From the NCBI GenBank assembly GCA_965655095.1, contig OZ296648.1:175336001-175400000 (forward strand): a stretch of 64,000 nucleotides of DNA, written 5' to 3'. The position numbers and the translations under genes are program-made. Source of the DNA: Haplodiscus bocki (lineage: Eukaryota). The notes under the pieces were generated by a model. That model did not search any database, had not been told where the DNA came from, and saw only the letters and a list, made by a program, of their open reading frames with translations. Of this stretch, positions 1-13,850 are shown piece after piece (position 1 is the first letter of the stretch; each line of letters opens with the position of its first letter).

Positions 1-1150
1 AAAACTTCTTCATAAAACGGGCAGGATGATGTGCCCATTTTTTATCTGCGCATTTAAAGCAGTCAACAGTATTTTCTTACAATTGGGATAAAGTTATCCT
101 TTTTCTGGTCCAACATTCTTGCTTTAATTTTGTTATGAGGATGGGCAGTTGAGTTTTATTATTTTTGTTGCAGTCACTTTTGTTGATTCATTAGAACGGC
201 TGACATGTCAGCTGAAAGTGTATGTCAGTCAAAGTTCACACATAGGAATTGACGAAGAAACAGTCCATTGAGTCTGCTGACGGTTTTTCATGGTGACCAC
301 CACAAAACATTCAGTCATTGCCTGGAACTGAACTGTCAGTCGACGTCGAGCTAAGTCAAATTTTCGTTCACTCATGCCAAAAGCCAGAAAAGTGGCTGCA
401 ACAAATATCTAGTAGTCGTAGCAACTGAAGGTGAGGAAAAGTTGTGGTTTTGAAAATGATGTGTAAGAGCTACCCTGATGGCTGGAAGGGGAACCTAAAG
501 TGTCGAAACTAAAAGACAAGCGTGAGCTAAACGCCAATCAAGAGTGACCTGAACTATGGATAGTTACTATTTTGCTTGATCCAGTAAATTGTTCGTCTTG
601 GAGTTAGGCTGGGAACGAATTTAGAGCTTTCTTGGCAATCCGGTATTGTCATTTTTGTTGACAATTTGGGAGTGTTTTGCTGTGATCAGGGATCATAATC
701 AGCGGCTTTGTGTTCAATCGATTTTTAGCATTCAGGAGGCTTTTGTGGTTTTTATACAACAGAAGTAGCGTGCGACCGAAGGAGTCGATTGGGACCGAAA
801 TTTGGACAGAAACTCTGGGCGGATCGGAGCTCCTAATTGGTTTTCTTTCGGACGTAGAAGTGTCAGTGTGCGATCTAATGCTGAACACAGACTGATACCT
901 CTAGGAATCTTGGAGTGGGAGATAAATTCAATTCCCTGTCTCATCTCGCTGAATTTTTTTTTGAACTGTTCCATCGTGTTTCAACTTCAACCTCTTACTG
1001 GGTATTTCTTGATTTCGTTTCCTGTTTATTATGCTCCGATTTAATTAACCAATTTGGTTGTCCCAGTTATATTCAACCTACAAATCATTACATTTGATGG
1101 CATTTCAAGTGACATCTCTTTAACCCTTTTTAATCTGCTGAAAAAGTTTT
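1..1150 (-). mobile_element. Decayed L1/Tx1-like LINE remnant (ORF1 end)
   Basis: Minus-strand PNCQQ-ND motif (~645-670) parallels the decayed knuckle PNSQS-NDHTART at 7750-7790. A-rich coding strand with many stops. Confidence 0.35.
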
Positions 1151-2199
1151 GCTTCCTGGCTTTTTGGTTGGACGTAATTGGAATTTTTGTATAGCGATTG
1201 TTTATAAAAAATTGCCTGCTAGAGCTATTTAAATAGCAACGAGACCCACCATTGATAGGTTGCTGTAAGTCGAAGCGTTAGGCTTTTATTTTGCTGAGGA
1301 ACCTCGCAGGCCTCAAGTTACAAACTCCTTCCTTGCCAGTGGCTATAAATTTCTGTGATTCTCATCCCTCTTCACCGTATCGTAACCAACGGTGCTACGA
1401 TTTTATTGCACTTTAACTCAAAAGTCTAAAATTTGTAGAACTTAATTCAAATATAACATACTGGAGATTTTTGCCCATCTTTCTAATGTGACATATCAGC
1501 GGACGAGAAATGCGACTGAAATTCTGTTGAAATTTCGATGAATTTTGCAGCAAAATCCGAATGGTTTGGTTCTACATTGTTTTCTATTTGGCTTGCAAAA
1601 AGTGGTTCAATCAGTGAACGTGTTTTGACTTCTGATTGCTGCTGATCTTGAGCGGCAAATATGTATGGAAGAATTTTTACCGTGCTCTGGGAACTTCAAA
1701 TGTTTCGTAGTTCTAAATTGTCATACTTTGGGTTTGAAAACTTGAAATTGGCTTCAGTTTTATTTAGAGGAACAGCTTTGGGCATGGGGTGTAAAATAAA
1801 ATATTTGATTTTTGCGACTTCGAAAAAATTTGGTATAATGAAAGTGTGGTTATGGTGGCAGTACAAAATTACCAATTCGAGAACACCAATTCTCCCAGAC
1901 TACTCAGATTCAACTACTTAAATAGTTAATACCTTGCGAAATTTTATTCAATACTATATATGTTTTTGACAGCATCCCAATGCTATATGTTTGAAAACGC
2001 TCATAAGTACTGAATTTTGATGTTGTCTGTAAATATTTGTGGTGTTAGATCAAAATAACGCCTCAAACTTTTACTGAAAATTGCTTTCTTAGAATTACAG
2101 TGGGGTGAACAATTGGGCATACCAGGGAGTATCACGAGTCTGTCCAATCGTGTCGAAAACTACTGAGAAACATTGTTAAAATTCCTTTCCTTTGAAAGT

Positions 2200-4330
2200 C
2201 GAAAAATTTGAGCTCCAAATTTCCATAAAATTTGCGAAAAAACTATTTTTTGCTGAGTTTCGGAGCTTTTTTTCATATTTTAGTTTTTTTAGGTTTTTGT
2301 ATAATTCTAGTTTCGTCAGTTTTTATACTGTTATTTTTCCAAAACTTAATGCTTGTTCCCACGCCATTTTACCACTTCGTCCGAGAAAGATTTTTCCTCG
2401 ACATGTGAGAATAAATTGACGATTTTGTTTGAAAACACAGCAAAGCAACGTGAGAGTACAGGAGCGACGATAGGGATCGTCACAGTACTGGTGAGAAGAA
2501 ACAACTACAAATGAATTAAATTTTCTTTCTTGTTCAGTTTTTACTTCTTTCCCAAACATTAAACTTAGAAAGGTGTGAGTTCCCTGACATTTTGAGTATA
2601 TTGTTTAGGAAAGAAGCTTTTTTGTTCGTTTTTTTTTGAACTGTAAAGTCCCCATGGTCCTTTTTGTACTCTCACGCAGTTTTCTGTTTCAACAAAAAAC
2701 TGAACATTAATCAAAATGTCGCAAAAACTTCGAGTATAACGACTGAATAAGAAAAAGTGTGAACCCGGGACATTCTGAATTCATTTATTCCAACTCACAG
2801 GACAGTGGAATAAAAGTGAAGTTAGGATCCTATTAAAACCCCGAAAGTTTTCCGACGTCTTCTTCGCCTTTGGCAGCTATAGTTGTTCGCGGGCGTCAAA
2901 TATTTGGATATTCGGTTTTCACAGAAACTAATCTGTATATCTTTCAAAAACAGGATGTCTCCCCAAAAAGAATTCGGCGCTGCAAGACAAAGTTGTGTTC
3001 TTTCCCATTTGGTATACTCATTTTCTTCCGCAAGACATGTGAGAGGGAGGTGATTTTCTGCTTCATTTGTCTTGGTCACATATCTGCTTTTTCCTGAGAT
3101 GCTCCAGAATTTTCTTCTTAGCACAAAAATTTACTGCATAATTTCGCGTTTTCGCAAACTTTCAACTCCGAAATAGATTGTTTTGAGTATCAGGCTGGTT
3201 CAACGGTGCTGATTCAACTACTAGCTATCTAAATCGGATGATGAGGAGCTAGGATTGTCTGTTTTTGATTCTTGGTGCGAAATGTGTGAGCTGATGTTTG
3301 AAAAAGCGAAGTTTGTTTATTGTGTCTTTCGTTAAAAGAGTTTGTCTTGATGAATTATGTTGGAATTGTGTCCATGCAGTACTGGTTCAACTAATTGGAA
3401 CCAGAGGTTGTTGGTTAGTAGCTGAGATGATCTTTCATAAATTTTTAGTGCGAAATGTCCGAAATGTGTTTGGAAAATCAAGGAAACCTTGATGTCGTTC
3501 GTCCAAGGCGTTTTTCTTTGGTTTGATGCTGTCAATTTTTCTGTAAACGGAATATTCGCTGCCCGAATGATCCATAGAAGAGCAGGGATGGTTAGATTCA
3601 TGTTTTTCTGGCACAATTTTTACCTAGTTGAATAAAAATAAAAAATTGTTTTTTTTTGTCTTTTGTCAGGATTTTTTTTGGGAAATTAATTGTTCATCGC
3701 TTTCGTGCATGTAGTCTTTGTTCGATTTCTGGTTTACAGAGATTATCTTAATTGTTTTTTGTCACTAAAAATCTTGACCTGTGTTTCGAAAGTTGGACAA
3801 GTTTTTTCTGGTGCCTTTTGCCGAAAATGACTTTTTTCGATTATGCTGCGTTTTTTGTCGAAATTTTTTGCTGACTAACGATTAGATGTCAGTTACTGCG
3901 CCTGAATCCACCAAAATTTCTAGCAAGAGTTCAAATTACTAACAGGGTATCTACTGCTAACTTTTGGCTGTACAGTGATTTGAATCTCATAATTTTGCTG
4001 GGCTCTCTTATTTTTGGTGTAACCGTTTTTTCAAAATTTTCTTGATAACTTTCAGGAAGAGTCTTTTTTGTCGCCATTGTCTGCAAAGCAGAGCTTTGCT
4101 TCTGTCTCCTATTCATAGCGCCTAAAACTAGGTATCTTTGGTGGTTATGATTCCGGACAGTTTTCGCCAGACAAAGCTGTTTCCTGAATTGATCAATTCG
4201 TCAATCCAGCCTTTTTGACCGGGACTTTGTCTTGTGAATCTAATTGGGAACACGTGAACTAAATATGGTGACGTGTTTATAACCTATGTTTGCAACTGTT
4301 TCAATCAACTTCTAGAGACGAAATTTTTCT
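2200..4330 (-). mobile_element. Decayed L1/Tx1-like LINE ORF2 (APE endonuclease to RT)
   Basis: Motifs in the expected order on the - strand: IQET (4178-4189), GDFN-like (~3905), IPFTEK as PFTDH-like (~3545), PGS (~2765), DPLS-like (~2475). Frameshifted. Confidence 0.6.
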
Positions 4331-4489
4331 GGAAAGAAAAACAGGAAAAGGGTTAGTTTGATGTTCTAATAGATCTGTCTTCGACGGCTTTTTGTAGAAT
4401 ATGAACTGTTACAGCGGCTTTGTTTTTTTCCCTCGATCATCTGTCAAAGACTCAAATGAGAATAGCAACTTTGTTCTTCGGCCAGAAAT

Positions 4490-5740
4490 TCCTACAAATG
4501 TTCGAACGTGCAAGGTATTAACATGTGGAAACGTCCCATTAAAACGGACATGGGGCAATTAAAGGGCCACGTGCCTGAGGGAAAGATTTCTGAAACTGGA
4601 TCACCAGCTCCCAATGCGACAAACGGCTGAGAGGGACGTCGATCCCAGGCTATGCAGCATAACCCATTAAACAGTCAAAAGGAAGGTTTAACGAATTGGA
4701 ATGATAGTGACAGACCGTTCCACGGATAGCCACTGACTGGCTAAAGCAAACGGGACTGAAGAAAGCCAATAGAATCACTAACACTAAATAAGATCCCACT
4801 TTGGAGCTGCTTTGAAGGAGGTACTAAATTCCGAATCGACTTGTTGAACACCTTGCCCAAATTTGTACCATTAAGCATTGGTACCACAAAAAGGAGCTGG
4901 ATCTGAAGTGTTCCTCTCCTGCCTCCCACCGAGAGATGTCACAGTATGCACCGATGGGTTTGTGAACCACAAGAAAGGCGGAGCGGGGTAGTGTTTAACT
5001 CCCGGGATCGAGTTATAAAACTGAAGGAAGGAGCAGGCAAAATCTGCTGGTCTTAAGACGCTGAGACAAAGGCCTTAGTACTGGCACTAGAAAAGAAGCT
5101 GAAACTACCCTGAAGAGACCCTGACAATCTTCAGTGACTCACTCTCCGTTCTAAATCCTACGGAGAAGCCCTTCCAACCAAGTGTCCCAAAAATATCGCC
5201 GAATATAGTAGCATCTGAGAAGCACCTTACTGACGTCTGCGTGTCAGCTCCTTGTGGCATTGGGAATGAGAAGGCTGTGAGCGTAGACGGGGAAGTGCTG
5301 GCTGTGAGTTATATGGAACCAGTCTCTCTCGAGACAACTACAGCCGCACTGAGAAAAGGAAGTAGAGAAGCCGCTTGGAAGCTTCTGAGGAACTCGACCA
5401 AGCCCTTGAAAAACAAGAAGCTGGATTCCTGAAAAGATCGGGTACTGTGGCACCAGTACATGACCGGTCAATCAACCTCCGATCATTGATCCCTGGCAAT
5501 TTTCAGTCATAACGCCAAGCCAACGTGAAATTCGTGTGGCAGTGAGAAAAGCACAAAACACATCTTGTACGGGTGTAGCAGAGGAGTCTCGTTGGGACAA
5601 AGCAGGAGACCTGTTCAACGCAGATGACCCGATCCAGAGCCCGAGAAGCCTGATAATGTTGTAAAAGGGTGTAGAAAAACACTCGTAAAATCCGCGGAAG
5701 AGCTGAGAAGAGGTCCTGAAGAAGAAGAGGAAGAGAAAGG
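4490..5740 (+). mobile_element. 5'-truncated I-group (RNase H-bearing) LINE remnant
   Basis: VCTDGF...GGAG (~4945-4990), AETKAL..AL, LTIFSDSLSVL (~5121-5153) and VSAPCGIGNEKA (WVPxHxGxxGNExAD-like), then C-terminal HILYGC and a GAA-rich tail at ~5718-5740. Confidence 0.8.
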
Positions 5741-5799
5741 CACGATATAGTTTCAACTATTGCTATTGAAATGCTAATGCGGCAGCTTCACTTCTATTT

Positions 5800-8700
5800 C
5801 TGCAACCAGAGACGAAAACGCTGTTAGATCTACACAGGCAGTTTTTGCAATAGGACCTGAGTGTTAAATTCATATTGTACTATTGGGAGTTCTATTTGGA
5901 AGCAAACCCGTAGCGTCTTTGATAGCCCTGTTAGGTTGAATTGATTGGCTTTTTACGAAACGTAGACCGAGCAGAAGCTACTTTATGTTAGAGAGCAACA
6001 AATGAACAAAACAGACACGTAACGGTCAGAAGTCAGTCATGGCTCAATCAGTTATTCTACATAGACCTTCATTCTTCTTGGAACTGACTTTTAGACTCTT
6101 GCTCAATTAAATCGTAGTGAGCTTGTTAACGATACAGGCAAAAAGGCTGATATCTAGAAAAGTTTATAACCTCTCTTGACAGGAAAATTTGTAACTCTGT
6201 TGTGTGGGGGTTCTTTTGTAAACGATACGCCTAACCCTTCGAAATACAATTTCTGATGAGCTGGGTTTCTCGTTGCCGTTTGCTAGGCTTTTGTGGAGGT
6301 TTTGAAGAAAACCGTTTCTTTCCACAATAGAGATGACTTCGATTACATGCCAGGAATTTTTCTTCTTACCAATACTGTTGTTGTGGAGATTTAACGGACT
6401 TCAATAATTAAACCATTAACACTATTGTGACGAGTTTTACTGGACATACTTTAGAAATCAAATGGTACAGAATAATATCAAGAATGAATCTCGAAGAGTT
6501 CGAAGTTTCGTTGCAATCAATCAGTCAAAATTACTAGTCGAGGTATGACTGCTTTTGTGGGTTCTCTCCGGTTGCAGAGTTCGAACTTTGTCTATTTGCT
6601 CTCCCAACAGGCGTCTCCGATTGAACGCGAAATCTTTTGTCGGGCAAACTTCACTAACCTTCTTCGATATACCTGCAGTCTGACCAATATACGCTGTGCG
6701 GATTTTCGAGATCTGGACCATACATTCCGCCCACGGATGTGGTCTCGCCCCACAAGCAATTTATTCCAATCAGATTTTAAAACAAACTCTGATTTCCTAA
6801 AAACTTTAATCCCAAATGAAGTCAAAGGCGAGCAGTCTCACTGGTCAACACCGTTTCGTTGAGTGTTTGACGAATTTTTCTGGTTTTGACGGCGCTGTTT
6901 CCTTCGGCCGCTGTGGGCTTCCATTTCGCGCCGTTTTCGTTATCCTTCTCTTCGGTCACTTCCTCTGCCAACATTACTAGTGCAAATTTCTGTTCTTTCC
7001 ACTTTCCTGGCTTTTTTGATGTTTTTTTCAGCATCAACTGGTAGTCTTGTTCAAGAGAATGACTAAATGTTTAGTGTCTTTGTTCTATAAAAGTGAATTT
7101 ATTAGAAATTGAGCAAACGATTTTCTTTTTTTTTTACCAGTCTTTCGATAAATTTCGTGCATAATGTTTTTTTTCCAGGAGCGGAGTATTTTCGTTCCCC
7201 CTAAAATTGTATTGTGAAGATTGTCTGTCTGATTTCAAACATATTTGTCAACCTGGTCTTCAACGTATTTCTTGGCTTTCTATACTTTTCTGTATCTATC
7301 TTCACATGTTTTTCCGCAACTGGTCAAAAGGAGATTTTAGGTATCTTTCCTCAAATTTTTCTCTCAGGTGGGTCTTTTTTCCTACTGTTGGTACATTTCA
7401 ACGACGATCAGTTAGCGCCACTAATGAGCTCTCTAACTTGCTTCAATAAATCGTTGTTCATTTTTTCCCAACACGGACCATTTCTACTTGCGAATTCTTA
7501 CTTTGAGGTAGATTTTTTCAATCTGTTATTTTTTCGGGTTTTTCCACAAATGTTTCGGGGCTGCGCTTGCTTGGAACACTGTGTGTCATGTCGAACGCTT
7601 TTTGTGAAGCTTAAAGCAGAGGGTGGGACTTTTTCGTGGTCAATATCTCATAATTTGTCCACTTTAGTCCATGTTTTTTCCGGGGCGTTCATCCAGGAAA
7701 TGCTCGTATGTTTTCACTTCTTTCCCAAAAGCCCGTTCGGTGTACATTCAGGTTCTAGCGGTGTGGTCATTTGCTTTGGCTATTCGGAGAGTAATTAGCG
7801 AGTTACTCCGATTTTTGACAATTTCCAAGCTCTCTTGGCTTTTTTCCATATCGCGACTTGAGGGAAAAATGTGCATTCAACCCGGCTTATGTCCAGTTGA
7901 AAATTTGGTTATTTTTATTCCTGTTCAAAGTTTGCTTATTTGACGTCATCAGTTTGTCTAGTAGTGTACTGTATACGTTCAAAATTGACTTTTTGTTTGA
8001 CATTTGGCCGGCACGGCACGTATTTTTCGTGTTGTAAAAAGTGCTATCTTGCTTAACAGCAACATCGTCGGGTATGTTTGGTTTGTCAATATTTTGTGTC
8101 AGACAGTGCAGCATGTACTTGCTTGTTGCGGCATTGCTTACTACGCGAGTCTTTATATTTTGCAGATTTGTTTGCAGTCTTTTTTGCGTAGCATATAAAG
8201 ACTTGATTGGCAGGTTCAATTTCTGAGTCCCAAGTAATCTGGCAGGTACTTGTATCACTTCGTCTTTTTGGAACAAGCTTTTCATTGACAGCGATTATGT
8301 TTTGTTTCTAAAATAGTCGTCTAAATGTGTCAATCACATCTGCGATCATAGATTTGAATGTTTTGAAGTATCTTTGCTCTCAAGTGGCTAGTCAGTGTTT
8401 GTTGTGAAGTTGAGTTTTCACCGTGTTTGATCTTCGTTGATCTTCGTCTGAATGGCTAAATATTATTACCGAACGTTTTTTTAGCTTTTTGGGCGTTTTC
8501 AACAGTTCTGACTTTTGTTCACTAAGATGCTTGAATGATTTCTATCTTTTCAGGGTAGTTAGTCCTTTCAAACATCGCCGTTTGAGACTCCCAAGTTTTT
8601 TCTGTTGGGTGGATGAACTTTTTAATTGACCCGTATTTTCTGAGTCAGCCAAAAAAGCTCCATTGTTTTAATTTTCCTCTTTCTAATCTTTTTGTCATCC

Positions 8701-9050
8701 CGTTTTCGTCATTTTCCATTTTTAAGCTGAACGTAGTTTTTATTAGCGAATTCCTGATTTTTCCCATCGTGAAGATTTCTTTCTTTGATTTTTGTGTTTG
8801 ATTTTTAGTGAAATATGCGTATACATTTCATACCGGCGCGCAATTGATTCTGATACACGTACCGCCGGTCTTTGCAAAATCGTCATTACTTTCCGTGCTT
8901 TTTCTGATGGTTCCCTTGTAGCTTTTCGTTGGGTCGGTATTGACCTTTTTGGCACTGCTTGCTCGACCAAGGTAATGCTAAAACTACTGATAAACGTTTT
9001 TCTCTTCAAGTTTGAGTTGATCCTGTAACTCCCTGCTGGAAGCTCTTAGA
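5800..9050 (-). mobile_element. Decayed L1/Tx1-like LINE: ORF1 plus endonuclease
   Basis: LRKYGSIKKFIHP (RRM-like, ~8607-8645), TGIKIT (~7907-7924) and a decayed CCHC knuckle PNSQS-NDHTART (~7750-7790), followed by an EN-like segment (6820-6300). Many stops and frameshifts. Confidence 0.55.
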
Positions 9051-10479
9051 AGCACCAATATTTTGGTGCAGGTGCTTTCCTACCCTGCTCATGGAGAGCA
9101 GCTGTCATGTGAAGTTGTTTAGCGCGTTATCGCGTTGCTAATATTGTTTCTTAATACATGAGGATCCTCATTTTTCATCGAAAGTTTTTGTCGCCTACGA
9201 AAGTTACTCTCCGAGCTTGTCTGTTGCTTTGGCATCGTGTAAATTTTGATAACAGGTCCGCTGCTGAACGATTTCAGATGATCAGACTGTGGCATTCTTT
9301 CCGATTACGCTGGCAACACCGAGTGGTCAACGTGGACTCTACATTTTTTGTTGTATCGTTCACAACTCGCCTTCTGCGTTATTCGCAAGATTTTTTTGCA
9401 ATTTCACTCCAGTTAGAAGATTTTTTTCTGACGAGTTTCGACTTTTTTCGCCGAGGTTTGAAAGTGTTGCGAGAGGAACTAAAGTGTTTTTTTCCAAAAT
9501 CAGCTTTTGTTCCGACCATCGACAAGAAATATTGCTAAACTCGTCCAAAAATCAGTCATTTTCATTACGAAATCATCTTTTGCGCGAAGTTTATCTGAAC
9601 CCTATACTTTTGGGAATTTTTTGTGATGTCAGCAAAAACCACTATTCTTTTGTTTTGAGTGTACAAAAGCTAAATTTTGCTGTTTTTCTTGCAACTTTCG
9701 CTCTTTTGGCTTACCAACCATCTGTTTAGCGATGCATAAAACGTAGTTCAAAAGGAGTTGTTAATTTTTGAGTAATGCTGTATGCTTTGAGTGTCGTGGC
9801 CGGAAAATTGTCTTTTTCCGGTTCTAAGTTTGGCCAAAATTAGATTTCCCCCAATTTTCCTCATTTTTTTCACAGATCAACTTTCTAGCTGCTTTGCCAG
9901 TCTCACAGACCTTACAAAAGGACAATCTTGATGATTACAGCAGATATTTCCGATAATATTCCTTTGTGATGTTTTTGTGTGACCTGATTGGGGTTTTGGA
10001 CGCTCTAAAGTAGGCCAGAAGTGGCTGTAATCGTTTTTCCACGTTTCGTTCTCCTGTGTTCCACGTCAGCTGTCTAGTAAGTAGGGAAAACCAATACCAT
10101 ACTGAAACACGAAAAGTTGCTCTTTACGGCAGAATCCTCCAAGACTGTTCATTGTTGGGTTTTTCGGTGGCTCAAAGAGGAGAAGCGATTTCTCTGGGGG
10201 GGGGGGGGGTTGGTGGGAGGAATTTCACACTTTTGTTCTCTAAGTCTGTTTTTAAGCTACAACTGCATCAAAAATCAATATAGGAGGACAAATTAGTTTT
10301 TAGCAGCCCGTTTTTTTCCTCATATTTTCCGCAGTTTTCCCGTGATCTCAACTGACTAGTCAGAGTTTGTTATTGCGAAGTTCGGCTCCGTTTCTGCGTT
10401 AAATGTGTAAATCCAGTGATGTGCATTTATAATTAGGATAATAGAATCCTTTAAATGATCCTCTAATTATTCATGCTGT

Positions 10480-11450
10480 TTTATCCAAAAAAATTGAATG
10501 ATTCTTGTCTTTGAAAAAGAAGGACTTGAAGAGAATCGAACCTTATGCATACCAGTTTAGATATCTTGTTATTATGACGACTTACTTGAGGAGTTTGGCA
10601 CAAATTGTTTCGGGAATTTCACCGTCACGAGGTAATGCGAAGAAACATCGTTTGGTCGAAACTTACTATAACAGACTTTCAATGGATTTAGTAAAGGTAT
10701 ACTTCAATGATTTGTTTACTGAACATAAGATTACGATGTTGTTCCGGCGGAAGAAAAATGTGAAAGGATTTTACACATCCGGAAATTTGACGTTTGATTT
10801 TTCTGGTCAGCATATGTTCCTAAGCCGCCGATTTGCAATTGTGTTTTGAAAACTATCTCCCTTCAAAACGGTAAAAACCCTTCGGAATTGAAAGAAGTTG
10901 GCATCACTGGAAAGTCACTGACTTTTAGGCCATGTGTTTGAATGCCAGTCTTGAAAGGGTTTCGAATGCACTTTCCTTATTCTGGAATTATACCCTTTCT
11001 GAGTCATAAAGGATACAAAATGAGACGCACCTGAATGGATAGCTAGCAGTTGGGAGCCTCTTATTTGGAGACAACTCGCTTATTTTACAGCATTATTTTT
11101 TACTATGTGTTCCGACATGAGACATGGGTCATTCGGTGAAGGTGGATGATACATCCATTGGAAAAACAGGGATAGATCAGTTGAGTTCAGATGATTTCTC
11201 GCTTCATATAAATCCTTCGAAGAATTGCGGGTTTATTAGCTTGAGTTTATCTGTCGCCGATTCCGGGTAACTGAACCTCATATCTGCCATACTTAATATT
11301 CGCGTATCGATATCATAATACTCCTGGACAAGTGTTCACTCAATTGAAATGTGTTACTAAAGATTACATAACCTGACTGTTAGAAAACATATCGAGAAGT
11401 TATTCATCAAGCTTACACGAACCTGGACTAACATCTTGATCGTCGAATCG
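10480..11450 (+). mobile_element. Decayed Ty3/Gypsy integrase
   Basis: Across frames: LVIM..LR, EFH..RG..K.RL..YY....MD (HHCC region), LTFDFSG (HIDFAGP-like) and PxNG-like (~11030). Stops present and no LTRs found. Confidence 0.55.
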
Positions 11451-11519
11451 ATGTCTAAAGTTATTCCCACAGAATTCTGACAATTTCAAATTAGATAAAC
11501 ATTTATGTGTGTTTACTAT

Positions 11520-11640
11520 GGCTGTACCGGAATTCCGGTCCAGTCGGATTTCCGATCCCGATTCAGAAAAATTGCGGTTCTAATTTGAACTAATTTGTTA
11601 TCCGGAACTAATTTTGATATCCGGTCGGATTTCAGAAAAT
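11520..11640. repeat. CCGG/TCCGA-rich palindromic cluster, possible MITE end
   Basis: Perfect 14-bp palindrome accggaattccggt at 11526-11539, plus repeated gtcggattt and ttcagaaaa motifs. Confidence 0.45.
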
Positions 11641-12724
11641 AGAAACATGGAATATCCCACAGCTGAACTATGAATTTCATCTCGATATGCTTCAATATCC
11701 AACCGAAAAGCACCCTTTTGGGAAAAGTCTCATCTCGCTGTTGTGCAGAAACATCAAAACTTTGATCAGGATGACAGAAAAGTCAATTATTCATGCTAAT
11801 TTGTTTCGAGTTTTGTGGTATTAAATCGGCATCTCTAGCCCACAATAAAGTTATTAATTGAAATGGAAATTTTGTGAATTAGGTCCGATCGGAGTTTTAA
11901 CTGGTGTTCCGAAACAGCCTTAGATTTCATTGAAAAATGGTCCGCTGTGGAAAGTTTTTTGCTTTTATGAATTGCCCACTGTTCCGTAAACTAAGAACGA
12001 AGATCTCTGATTACTAAAGTTGTTAACATCTGTATACGGATTGGTTTGCACAATCTATGTGACGGTTATTCTGAATTCCACCTTCGGTCGCTTGATTCCA
12101 ATCTTATTGGTGTAATTTACTTTGTTTTTGGCCTACGCCAGAATTGTTTTCTCAACCACCTGATTTTTGTGGGAATGTGTTTCATAGTTTCGAATCTGTT
12201 TGTGAGTATAATGTTTTCATTCTAAGATTGCGCAAATGTTCAAACCTTTGCAGACGTAATGTGAAAAAGTACTTCATTACATGAAGTAGAATGATATGAG
12301 TAGTCCTGTAGCTGCTTTGAGACATCTTTATGGTGTTCAATTCAATGTGTATACTTTTTTCCGCTCTTCTGCCAATTTCGACTTAATATCTCTAAATTAC
12401 TTCGCCGCTTTACATTCATCGCTCCCATTGCTGGCCTCTCCAACTTGAAAATGAAAACTGCAACGTGAACATTTGTAACGTTTCCAAAATTAAGCGCATC
12501 AGGGCGTCTTTCGACAACCCTTTTCCCTAGAAAGTCTTCTGTTGAAATTTATAGGTTTTGTTCGATGCATCCGAAGACTGAAAGGTCGAAGACTCCGAAA
12601 GCTTCTGTTTGCAAATTAGTAGTTGAAGAAAGCATTGACGTTGGTATGGATAATTGTTTATCATCTGCTATATTTGTATTTTTTTCTGGAGTCATGTGTT
12701 TTTAAACTTTTTAACTGAAACTAA

Positions 12725-13020
12725 GAGTGTGTATTGGAGACCGGATAGCGTACAATTTTTTATCCTGTCCAAAACTCGATTTTCTTGACGTCATCAGAGA
12801 GTCTAGTCATCTAGAGTAATTGGTCAAATACGCTTCTTTTGGCAGGTACTTCTTCATTTTCGTTGTTTACCGTGAAACTTTCTTGAACATTGGGCCGAAA
12901 AATGGCCTAATCTGAAAGGACATGATGGACATATCGATTTTTCAAATATGAGACCCTGTGAGATCTAGTTTCAATTTGACTTTTTCGAACTGACAGCTGG
13001 TGTAGAGAAATGACATCTCT
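12725..13020 (-). repeat. Dispersed repeat, copy 1 (LINE ORF1-like fragment)
   Basis: Colinear with 57810-58120 (shared tttatcctgtccaaaac, ttgacgtcatcagagagtctagtcatc, tgacagctggtgtaga). More weakly similar to 7900-7950. Confidence 0.85.
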
Positions 13021-13129
13021 GCTCTTGATTTGAAATGTCTTTTCGGTTCCGTGAGTTCAGATGACGTTTCAAATTGTGTTGCGAAATTTGGCTTCGCCTC
13101 CGTGTCAGGAATTCGGGAACTTTTAGTTT

Positions 13130-13850
13130 CGGGAATTGGTTTAAGTGCTACTGGGTTTCCTTTTTTCTTTTGACGCTTTTTCGTACGACATTTTGCGACC
13201 TCGTCTGCAAAAAGAATACGAGCGACTTTTCAAGAAATTTGATCAAACGTAGCAAACCATGTGCAGACGGCAAGGACCATACAGACCATTGTAGTAGAAG
13301 TAAAAGTGCACAAATCAAAAAAACAATATGAGAATTTTTTCTTACCCCGTCAGTTAAATAGAAATATTAACCTGGAAAATTTTCATCTTTTTGCCCCATT
13401 TCTGAGGAAAACGGAACGGGGGTTGTAGAAGAACCTTTTGTTATCCCAAAAGTTTTCTAAGTCCTATCCATCTTGGGTGGCTATGTTTTCGATGCCTTTT
13501 TCGTCTGATATTTCGTGACCTCGTATGAGATTAGAAATTTGAATGAAACCTTTGAAAATTTTCAATTTTTTAAACTCAGGAAAGCTTCGTGTGAATACGT
13601 GGTGAACCAACCCTCCGGACCATCGTTTTAAGGTTGAGAGAGCGCGCCAGTCAACAAAATTCTGATTTTTTCCTGTTTACCAGTCAATAAACTTATATAA
13701 GATGAAAGTGAAGACCCTGGACACCTTTGAATTCATTTATCCCAATTCGCGGCAAAAGGGAGTAAGAAGCGAGGGGGCCTTATAGTTATCCCAAAATTTT
13801 CCCGAAATCCTATCCGCCTGGAACGAGTGTGTTTTGAATATACTTCTGCA
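13130..13850 (+). repeat. Diverged ~340-bp tandem repeat, same family as 61330-61860
   Basis: Recurring gaccat...gagagcgcgc-like (13284, 13618) and gttatcccaaaa...tcctatcc (13440, 13784) motifs. Confidence 0.65.

Noticed and set aside
3880-3920. ILVDSGA, a retropepsin-like motif on the - strand
   Set aside because: It sits where the endonuclease GDFN motif is expected, between IQET and PFTDH-like motifs, so it is better explained as frameshifted decay.
7214-7798. 194-aa + strand ORF (the longest in the track), and similar Phe-rich ORFs at 9158, 9289, 29878 and 32413
   Set aside because: These are open frames on T-rich sequence, mostly antisense to A-rich repeat remnants, with no recognisable domain.
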